Shown: positions 51,850 to 61,262 of the stretch, piece by piece
How positions within the stretch are numbered: the first letter of the stretch is position 1
Layout of the letters: the number at the start of each line of letters is the position of its first letter
Assembly: GCF_001194135.2 (NCBI RefSeq)
Contig: NC_068982.1
Coordinates: 45,215,752-45,277,013, forward strand
Length of the DNA: 61,262 bases
Reading direction: 5' to 3'
DNA from: Octopus bimaculoides
Lineage: Eukaryota
Notes under the pieces: generated by a model
Told to the model about the DNA's origin: nothing
The model's database searches: none
Seen by the model: the letters and a program-made list of their open reading frames with translations, nothing else
Translations under genes and position numbers: made by a program

Positions 51850-53406
51850 CCAGTGAAAGGATGAAGTACAAAATCGACCTCGGCGGAATTTGAATCAACG
51901 TAAGGAATCAGAAGAAATTATGCTAAGTATTTTGACCGACACTTTAACGATTCTGCCTGCTTACCGCCTTAAATAATCAATTAAACAACAATAATAATAA
52001 TCCTTTCTACTATAGGCACAAGGCCTGAAATTTGGTGAGAGGGGACTAGTCGATTACATCGATCTCAGTGTTTTACTGGTATTTAATTTATCGGCTGCGA
52101 AAGGATGAAAAGCAAAGACGATCTCAGAGGAACTTGAACTCAGAATGTAAAGATGGACGAAATGTCGCTAAGCATTTTGCTCGGCGTACTAACGATTCTT
52201 ATTTCTTTACTGCCCACAAGGGGCTACACAGAGAGGGGACAGACAAACGGATTAAGTCGATTATATCGACCACAGTGCGTAACTGGTACTTATTTAATCG
52301 ACCCCGAAAGGATGAAAGGAAAAGTCGACCTCAGCAGAATTTGAACTCAGAACGTAAAGACAGACGAAATACCTCTAAGCATTTCGCCCGGCGTACTAAC
52401 GTTTCTGCCAGCTCGCCGCCTTAATTATTGCTAACAACAACAACAACAACAACAACAGTAATAATAATCCTTTCTACTATAGGTACAAGGCCTGAAATTT
52501 TGGGAGAGGGGCTTAGTCAATTACACCGTCCCTAGTATTTAACAGGTACTTAATTTATTGACCCCGAAAGGATGAAAGGCAAAGTCGACCCCGGCAGGAT
52601 TTGAACTCAGAATGTAAAGACGGACGAAATGCCACTAAGCATTTTCCCCTGGTCTGCTAACGATTCTTATTTCTTCATTGCCCACAAGGGGCTAAACATA
52701 GAGGGGACAAACAAGGACAGACAAAGGGATTAAGCCGATTACATTGACTCCAGTGCGTAACTGGTACTTAATTTATCAACCTCGAAAGGATGAAAAGCAA
52801 AGTCGACCTCGGCGGAATTTGAACTCAGAACGTAGCGGCTGACGAAATACCACTAACCATGTCGCCTAGCGTGCTAACGTTTCTGCCAGCTCGCCGCTGG
52901 TCTGCTGACGATTCTGCCAGCGCGCAGCCTTTGGTTTTGTCTCTAAAGTCTAAATGATTATGATAGTATAAAAGTAGAGTTAGTGCATTGACAGAATCAT
53001 TAGTGAAACTGGCCAAATAATGTTTTGTAGTATTTATTTCAACTTTCCACATTACGCGTTCAAATCCTGGCGAGATTAACTTCTTTTTTTTTATCGCTCC
53101 GAGGTCGATAAAATAAAGTACCGATCAAGTATTTAGGCTAATGTAATCAATTAAGCCCATCTTCTAAAAATTGCTGGCCTTGAGCTTATATTAGGTCCAA
53201 ATTTTGTCACAAGGCCAGCAAGTTTAGGGGAGACGGTTAAGCCGATTATATCGATCTCAGTGCTCAATTAGTACTTATTTTATCGACCCCGAAAGATTGA
53301 AAGGCAAAATCAACCTCGGCGGAATTTGAACTCAGAACGTAAAGACGGACGAAATGCCGCTAAGCATGTTGCCCGGCATGCTAACAATTCTGTGAAGCTC
53401 GCCGCC
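51850..53406 (-). mobile_element. Dense cluster of about 7 SINE family B copies, including two nested insertions; one copy (53030-53185) is on +
   Basis: Repeated GAAAGGATGAAAGGCAAAGTCGACCTCGGCGGAATTTGAACTCAGAAC core. Confidence 0.9.
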
Positions 53407-53613
53407 TTTGGCCTTGAGCTTATAATAGTATAAAATTATGACATTCTTCCCCACTCCTTTCCATCAACAAAACCACGTCATTTAATTGTCAATATAACTG
53501 TTGGTTGGTTGGTTTCTCCAATCCTGCTTTGCATCGTATAGAAAGAGGGGTGGGTAGAGTAACAGAGAGATGCAGAGATAGCTAACACGAGAGGTGCAGG
53601 ATGAGTGCATATA

Positions 53614-53829
53614 TGAGGAGTGCTGAAAAGTTTCTGGCCTTGGGCAAAAGAAAATACCGGAAGAGCAGATATTATGATTTTATGCAACACATTTCCCTTT
53701 CAGATTCATACACTTATTGCAGTGGTCCTTCAGTTTTTTCTAAGCCCTCTAACAGAACTCGGAAGATTGGACCTCCAACCCGGCTTTTCGCGAGACCCTT
53801 AAAGCCAGAGACTTTCCAGCACACCCACG
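53614..53829. mobile_element. Mariner-derived MITE
   Basis: TA-TGAGGAGTGCTGAAAAG..CTTTCCAGCACACCCACG-TA imperfect TIRs. Confidence 0.7.
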
Positions 53830-53867
53830 TACTTGTAGGCTTGGTGGCAGGCAATAAGTAACTGAAC

Positions 53868-53913
<46 letters not shown>

Positions 53914-54149
53914 TAGACAGACACACACAGAATCAGAGATAGCGGAAGAGAGTGAATAAACTAATATTTTTTCTTTTGAAAACTAGCATTCATCATTTTG
54001 TATAAGCACCAAGAAATTTGATAAAAGTGAAATTATAATTATACTATGTTTGCCATATTTCTTGATACTACTTATGGTGGCAAAAGCATACTTCCAAATT
54101 CCCCGTCGCATGACAGGGAACACTAGATTGTATTATATTATTTGTTTTT

Positions 54150-54393
54150 CCACACGTCCCTTAACCCCTTGGGAGTCGTTGGGGCGCTGCAGCTATGCAG
54201 CGTATCTAGGGCGAGAAAGCCTGGCAGAGCCCATTCATCTTCAGGCTAAACTCATTTCTACAGCTGAGTGGACTGGAGTAACGTGAAATGAAGTGTTTTG
54301 CTCAAGAACACAACGGATCACCCGGTCCAGGAATCGAAACGACAATCTTACGATTGTGAGTCCAACATCCTAACCACAAAGCCACGCGCTTCC
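54150..54393 (-). mobile_element. tRNA-derived SINE with a CORE-like central domain
   Basis: Minus strand GTGGCTTTGTGGTTAG..GTTTCGATTCC..GTGTTCTTGAGCAAAACACTT..CAGCTGTAGAAATGAG. Confidence 0.6.
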
Positions 54394-55477
54394 ACGCTAT
54401 GTTATTAGAAGTGGGTAAATTTGTACAATATCTCAAAATATTTTTTTCATAACTGTAACACAGTTAGTCTTCTAAATGTGAACTGAATGACACTGCACAA
54501 ATTCCAAAGAAAGTTCGTTAGTTAGATTGGGTTGCTGTGTGGGTGCTTCATTAGGAATCTGTATTGTGAAGTTGAGGTAACTTTCAGGAATCTCGATACG
54601 TTTAGTTGGAGCACTCTTATCGTGCTTTATCTCATCCTTAGTCTCACCAAGAAATAGCGAACATATGTCCGTAATTGCCGCTGTTTCTATTCAATGATTG
54701 TGATGAAACGAATTCGAGTATATTGAGAATGTGATTCCTTTAGTTCAATTAAGACCAAAAGAGTCTTTCTTATAGCTGCACCTCTTCAACAACTTTTTGG
54801 GTAATGAAAGTCAAGTTGACATAGTCATTCCAGTAGCCGTATTTTGGGGAATGGTGAAATGATGTTTATGAAATATTGTGTTTGTGGATGTTCGTAAAAT
54901 ATTGCACTGAATGTTAACAGAATAAATCCATATGCAGGAATCGGCAGACTTCCGGCTTGAAGGGTAAATGTCAGTGTTTTCTAAATGATACTAGCATTGC
55001 TCTCACACTGGTTATTTTCAGTTAGGTGCATGGAATTGAGCGGTTAATTGGGAGCACTTTTTCATGTATGAAAGACTGCAGTACAGAATCCCTGAAATGC
55101 ATAAATACAACGTTCTGTATGAAATTCGTATTATGCTTTTAACATTTGATAAATTGACATTCAGAAACGTGTTTAGTGTCATTTATCAAGTACACAGGAT
55201 CTTTTACTCAAAATGCAACAGGTTTGTAATAACAGAATGTTAGAGAGATGTGTAAAGTTCTTAGATGTTACTCCGTGGAGTAATACTGCTAAAGTCAAGT
55301 AATAGGCTCTTATTAAGAAATTCCTGGACGATCTAAGATTCCGCAACAGAACAGCTGAGCTTCTGATTGCCAGTGTGTTATTTTCTTATGCAGGCTTAGC
55401 GTGAATTCGATCCTAGATAGCCAAATTTAAATTAACAGTTCAACAGAACTTTTCTCACGGTAAAACAATAGTTATTC

Positions 55478-56202
55478 TGTAACAACAGTTTACTTTTTCC
55501 AGATACCTTAGCTAAGCAGAATTATGTCTTCGCCACTTGACCATTCTAACCTCTTATAAGCCACCAAAAGCTAGAATTAAGATAACAAGTACCACTAACG
55601 AAATCTATTGTTCTCAACGAGATGTCTATCCTTCTGGATAGTTATAAAAACAAGAACCCCCAAGCAAAAGTTAGTGAGTTAGTGAGAACCCGAGTTAGAG
55701 AGGGCGACCATCAGTTAGTGAACGGACCACTAGAATCACGGTCACGAGCAGGCAACCACTAAAGACAAACGGCCAGAGGGAAAAAAAAGTTACAATCAGC
55801 GACTATGCGAGACAACTTCTCTCGACTCTCTCACTATCACTAGTTCAGCTCACTTTCTTCTTACAACATCACTTCATCTCTATCTGTAATTCCTACTACA
55901 CAATGACGAGAATACAAACACAAACTATACAAGGAAAATCTACGACATCCATCTTTACTTCGCATGCTTTACGATTTTATCACCTGCCCGTCGAGGCAAG
56001 GTATTTTTACAATGAAACAGTAAAATAAATATTTTCTTTACAACTTCAATCACTGTTCTTTCATCTTTACATAATGGCAATCAATGAAGAACCAATCATG
56101 ACAAACTGATTACGACTCCGACGTTCGATACTATTGTTTACAAATTAATTCCAACCGTTGCAAAAAAAATTAATCCTCTCCCGTTACAAATTGGTGACCC
56201 CG
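55478..56202 (+). mobile_element. LTR (55478-56188) plus tRNA-Trp-type PBS (56192-56202), with no recognisable internal region
   Basis: TGTAAC...GTTACA termini, internal AATAAA, then AAT-TGGTGACCCCG, which matches the first 11 nt of the canonical tRNA-Trp PBS. Confidence 0.7.
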
Positions 56203-56929
56203 CTAATAACAAACCGTTACGCTTTTATCATTTACGTTTTATATCAAACTTAAGCTATGGATTTTTGACAGAAAAATGGTGCGACTTTTTGACAGCTTTA
56301 ACTACTGCATAGGGATCTTTCTCTACTGTGAAATGATTTTTCTTGAAACAAGGTAGGCTTACTGTTTTGGTCAAGTGTAGCTTTGACGGCATAGGCCCAA
56401 GAGCCGGGCATGCAGATGGTGCAAGCTCACCTCCTTAAATTTTTTGGGGGGTGCAAAATCAAAATTTGCACCTCTACTTATTTTTCTCAGGTTTTGAAAA
56501 CAGGGCGTGAAAGGTGATCTGTAAAACGTAGCATGAAGTTAGGCTTCTTCTCAAAGATCAAAGAACAAAAATAAATAGCAAAAACAATAAGACCTTGTTT
56601 GTAAAAAAAAATGGATCTGTGTTTGCACTCACTAAGCAAATTTCGTTCCCGAACCAGTGACTTGCCCGTAGTCCCAGAAGCATCTGTTTCGGTGGTGAAC
56701 AGTTATAAGCGTTAAACAGCAATGAGAAGTGAATAAATTCATAATACTATTCTTTACAAGTGGGCACGGAGACTTCTTTTGTTAGAGTTAAACGTGAGAG
56801 GTTAAGGTGTAATTCATTTGATAACTTAGAATGCATGTAGACTCCGCTGAAAATTTAATGCTTACTATTATTCAATTCAGTTCTTACAAGAAACTTTAAA
56901 TATTTAGATAAATTATTATGCTCCTTTAG

Positions 56930-57400
56930 AATTACCATATATGGTGGTGTACCTTCCAACCCATTTTCTTACCGTATATGGTGTTTTAATTTAAATAGGC
57001 CCGCCTTCCAACCTACTTTATTACCAATATACGCTGATGTAATTTAGATAGGCTTTCTAACCCGTATTATCAATATAAATGTTGATATAATTTACATGCC
57101 TTCCAACGCATTTTATTATTATGGTAATATAATATGGCGGCGAGCTGGCAGAATTGTTAGCGGGCATTTCGTCCGTCTACGCGTTCTGAGTTCAAAATCC
57201 GCCGAGGTTGACTTTGTCTTTCATCTTTTCGGAGTCGATAAAATAAGTACGAGTTGAGCTCCGGAGTCGATGTAATCACTTAGCCACTTCCCTGAAACTG
57301 CTGACCTCTTGTCAAAAGTTGAAACCACTATTATGGTGATATAATTTAAATATGTCTAAGAACCTTCCAGCCCGTTTTATTACCATGAGTTATGTGATCT
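56930..57400. repeat. Degenerate ~50-bp tandem repeat interrupted by a family B SINE (57136-57328, +)
   Basis: Recurrent CCTTCCAACCCATTTTATTACC..; 17-bp TSD with 1 mismatch at 57117-57133 and 57329-57345. Confidence 0.7.
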
Positions 57401-58069
57401 AAACACGTATTGCGGATCTTTTCTGTCTGACTTTCACTTTTCAATTCCTTTAATTTTGCTCCAATTGATTTCAAATTTGGAGAATTGGTGTAGTTTTGTA
57501 TGCTAATTATGGAAATGAAATTCATTTTTGCTATAAATTAATAAATAAAAAGTTATGTGCTCTGAATAGGGGAAGAAAGAAGCTAAAGCTGTTAAAATAC
57601 CCAATTATTGCTTGTCACTTTGTTTTTGCATTTCTAAGGACTCTTGTTGCATGCGCAACAGGTTAATGAGATATGCATTAATTTTCATTTCATCCTCTTA
57701 GCCAAATAATGTTATAAAGTAACACGAATTATATTGTACTCAAAATATAACTTTATAAACGAACGAACTAAATATTGCAACAATTTGAAACTGAAGTGCG
57801 AAGTGGGGAATTGTAACTTCAATTTGCCCAGGATGCAAAATGAACTGTCTGAACCAAAGTAGGGGTGGCAACGCGAAAAGTGTCAATCCACAACAATGAA
57901 CCGATGTATACTTACGTTACTTGGTAGAGTCCATAATATGTTGTTGTTTTTTTCCGGACGAATCGATGTAATCCTACTATTGAGGGCGTGAAAAACATCG
58001 CATGATCGAATCGTGCTCACGAATATATATATATTCGTGTAAAATTTCTAACTTCCGGTCAGCCATAGC

Positions 58070-58378
58070 TATGATTGACCGTTGACCGAACACTATTCAA
58101 ATTTTTTTTCTCCGTGTTTTTCTCCTTGTCTCCGTATTCTTTCTGTTGAAGAGCGTAGCTCGAAACGTTAAAGACTTTCCGTATTCCCGAGCGTCATACT
58201 AATACATTTTTTTGTTGTTTACACCACCTGTCCTCGTCTGTTGTTGTTTTTTCGTACATTCTCCCATATATATATATATATAAAGGGAGAATTCACAAAA
58301 AAAAAGCCCACAAAAAACAACAGACGAAGACAGGTGGTGTAGAAAACAAATAGATGTATTAGTATAACGCTCGGGAAT
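58070..58378. mobile_element. Penelope-like terminal repeat, two copies tail-to-tail around (TA)n
   Basis: Inverted arms at 58183-58265 and 58285-58378, plus a GAAGAGC..GCTCGAAACG motif typical of PLE termini. No PLE ORF is visible. Confidence 0.55.
58138..58174 (+). ncRNA. Minimal type I hammerhead ribozyme-like motif with a non-canonical core
   Basis: TCTTT-CTGTTGA-A-GAGC(gta)GCTC-GAAAC-GTT-AAAGA: helix I, helix II and a palindromic helix III can all be drawn. Confidence 0.45.
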
Positions 58379-58948
58379 NNNNNNNNNNNNNNNNNNNNNN
58401 NNNNNNNNNNNNNNNNNNNNNNNNNNNNNNNNNNNNNNNNNNNNNNNNNNNNNNNNNNNNNNNNNNNNNNNNNNNNNNNNNNNNNNNNNNNNNNNNNNNN
58501 NNNNNNNNNNNNNNNNNNNNNNNNNNNNNNNNNNNNNNNNNNNNNNNNNNNNNNNNNNNNNNNNNNNNNNNNNNNNNNNNNNNNNNNNNNNNNNNNNNNN
58601 NNNNNNNNNNNNNNNNNNNNNNNNNNNNNNNNNNNNNNNNNNNNNNNNNNNNNNNNNNNNNNNNNNNNNNNNNNNNNNNNNNNNNNNNNNNNNNNNNNNN
58701 NNNNNNNNNNNNNNNNNNNNNNNNNNNNNNNNNNNNNNNNNNNCCTATGACCGCGAGTCCGCTGCCTTAACCAATGGTCCATTGCGCCTCCACGGAATGT
58801 ATTGTAGAACAAGTGGAAAGATAAATTTTATTCAACGCATAGATACTGAACATTATATATATATAAAGAATAAAATCCTTTTTTTCTTTTTAAAGCAGAA
58901 AGGTTTGTCGGCAGCCAGCCATGAGGATCGAACTCACGTCTAAAGATT

Positions 58949-59005
<57 letters not shown>

Positions 59006-59283
59006 GTAATTTCTAGGATTCGAGAGAATCAGGTATTTGAATAGTGAAAGCATCAAGGTAGGGGCGGTGACAGCGCGACTCTGTACAAACAATGTATAAG
59101 ACAAATATGTACTCACTAAAGTAAATACAGATTTGTTCCTCCAGTTATGCATGCATTCATGAATGGCTGATTGAATACACAACGTCGAAGTCATACTTGG
59201 CTACACTCACTGAACTTATCGCACCGCCGTCTATAGACTCTAGATCCAAACAAATTGAAGGTTCCGAGTTAGGTAAAGGATAA

Positions 59284-59637
59284 ATAATAACAACAGATGG
59301 AATGTGGTTTACTACAGCTGTTTAAGACGTTTTTTTAATTGATGAACAGAAGTGTTACATAATGCAAAAAAAAAATCATTTTCATCAGGTGAAAACAAGT
59401 AACGAATTAACAATCAGAACGCTTCAAGAAAAAGAACATAGTGCCAGATGACTCGCTCAATCCAATTTCTGTCAGAGACTGAATTTGGGTTGGTCGAGTC
59501 ATCTGACATACGCATGCTTGCACAGACACACGTATGATGAAAGCGGTGTTTTTTTGCATGATGTAACACTTCTGTTCATGAATAAAAAAAGACACGTCTG
59601 AAACAGCTTTAGTGAACCACAATCCATCTGCTATTAT
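59284..59637. mobile_element. MITE/foldback element with ~90-bp imperfect TIRs
   Basis: 59284-59372 is the reverse complement of 59548-59637. Confidence 0.7.
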
Positions 59638-59938
59638 AAACCTCAAGGCACGTGTGTATGCGATTAAGCCCCGTACATTGGATGATCTGAAGCTATTCGC
59701 GTGGAAGCCGCCCTAATTGACAGAGCAATGCTGGAGAGAGTGGAGGCCAACTTCCAATGTTGTCTTCAGAAATGCATAATTAAAAACGAACGCCACGTGA
59801 TGGATGTTGTTTTCCACACTTGATTTTGATAAATGCTAATTCAATACGAACACATTGATGTCAATAAAATTTGTTTGCTACTAAAATTAATGATTTTGTG
59901 AAATTTTCAAAAACGTCCGTCCTCTCTGACCCACCCTG
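59638..59938 (+). mobile_element. Tc1/mariner-superfamily transposase C-terminus and right TIR
   Basis: VYAIKPRTLDDLK..IDRAMLERVEANF..; ends CTCTGACCCACCCTG-TA. Confidence 0.7.
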
Positions 59939-60135
59939 TATTAATCGTTTTTCACTCGTTTATTACTGTTCTTATTCTAACTCATGTCCATTGTCCAGAA
60001 ATCTTTCGTCACACATCTCTGACCTTTTCAGCGACACTTTCTGTCCTCGTGTGCTCTCTTGCTCCGCTTAGTCCATTCTGTTCTATATATGTCTGGACAA
60101 TGGACATGAGTTAGAATAAGAACAGTTATAAATGA

Positions 60136-60557
60136 GTGAAGAACGAATATATAGTGCATGTGTTTACTTGGAATAAAACATGTTTTAATCTTTATCATCT
60201 TAATCAAAAGGCAGAAAAACAGACGGAGAGACTATCTCTTTATAGACGAAGATCAGTTGCAATGGGAAGAACTGAATCTCATAAGAATGGAAAAAGAAAC
60301 AACAACAAATGGGTTGTACCTTATAATGAAACTCTTTTAAGATCATTCAAATGCCACTGCAACTTTGAAATCGTTGCCTCAGTAGGGTCAATTAAGAACA
60401 CCATCAAGTACACGCTGAAAGGAAATGACCAAGATGCTGTTCATCCGAAGTACTGGCATCCATTTTAAGATTTTCAGTTCATGAAAGAGCACCTGTAAGA
60501 GTGAGACTGCAAGTTCATCTACCAGATGAATATGATCTAAGGATAATGCATGATTCC
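60136..60557 (+). mobile_element. Second Helitron Rep remnant
   Basis: LYRRR..NKWVVPYNETLLRSFKCHCNFEIV..IKYTLKGND, then RFSVHERAP.VRLQVHLP. Confidence 0.8.
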
Positions 60558-61262
60558 TGTTATATGGACTGCTGGATATGTATTCGTCTGACGTTCCGTG
60601 TGTCACTGTGGTTCGTCTGAGTTCATTGTTTCATTGTTGTTGTTCTGAATGACTGGGGTAGTAAAAGGTCATTGATAGATATGGCGGACATGATTCTTGT
60701 TTATTAACACAACGAACATTGGGTGAGTGCGTTCTTTGTATGTAATTGAATAATAAATGTAATAATTAAATTGTACAACTCGTTGTATTTTCTCTGCGAG
60801 TTTCCCGAGTGGAATGCAACAGAGTTTATTGGCGTCGCCGATAGGATACATGCTTACTTTACCGTAAAAGTATTCATCGTAATAACAATGGCTGAAAAAC
60901 AGACAGTAGAACTTATTAAATCGTTTAGGGAACAAATGGACAAGCAAATACAACAGCATAAGAGAGATATGACGCTCTGTTAAAACTGTTTGGTGCTCGA
61001 CAAGTTGAAGGCGATCCCAGTGGCTATTTTTCAGCTGCTTCGACAACGGTGTCGATTCCACCATTTGCTGCATTTGATTCAGCGACAGAACTATGGCCTG
61101 ATTACTGGTCAAGATTCCGTACGTTTGTGGCTGCTAATGCTGTACCTGAACAACGCATGGCACAAGTGTTCCTGACCAATCAGACCGCTACTGTTTACAA
61201 ACAACTTGTTAATCTGGCTACCCAACAAAATCCGCCTAAAGATATCAACAACTTGACAATGG
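60558..61262 (+). mobile_element. Ty3/Gypsy LTR retrotransposon 5' end: LTR 60558-60821, PBS 60830-60847, gag from 60888
   Basis: TGTTAT..GCAACA termini, AATAAA at 60752 and a TGGCGTCGCCGATAGGAT PBS. The gag-like sequence IPPFAAFDSATELWPDYWSRF..FLTNQ is open to the window end after one frameshift. Confidence 0.8.

Overview
AT-rich, transposon-dense animal genomic DNA with seven N-gaps. The SINE/RTE families and (TA)n/(GAT)n microsatellites look like an Octopus-type cephalopod genome (inference, not verified). One host gene is well supported: a 5-exon, + strand MIX23/CCDC58 orthologue (mitochondrial intermembrane-space protein). Its CDS is 19899-19952, 29514-29639, 31833-31979, 41312-41371 and 45803-45856, giving 146 aa, with all introns GT-AG and phase 0. 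A possible divergent first exon lies about 240 bp upstream, and a second promoter/first-exon candidate lies near 50-51 kb. The rest is mostly mobile DNA: many RTE-LINE fragments whose RT carries an inserted C4HC3 PHD-like finger, at least four tRNA-derived SINE families, two Helitron remnants, mariner, pogo, hAT, Tc1 and piggyBac-type remnants and MITEs, an orphan LTR with a tRNA-Trp PBS, the 5' end of a young Gypsy element, and a Penelope-like inverted terminal repeat. The most interesting observations are: a minimal hammerhead-ribozyme-like motif in the Penelope-like repeat; two apparently independent SINE-into-SINE insertions at the same nucleotide, each with its own 18-bp TSD; the PHD finger inside RT; a LINE 3' UTR motif that seeds minisatellites; and inverted SINE pairs inside MIX23 introns (candidate ADAR substrates). 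There are no CRISPR arrays, rRNA genes or bona fide tRNA genes.
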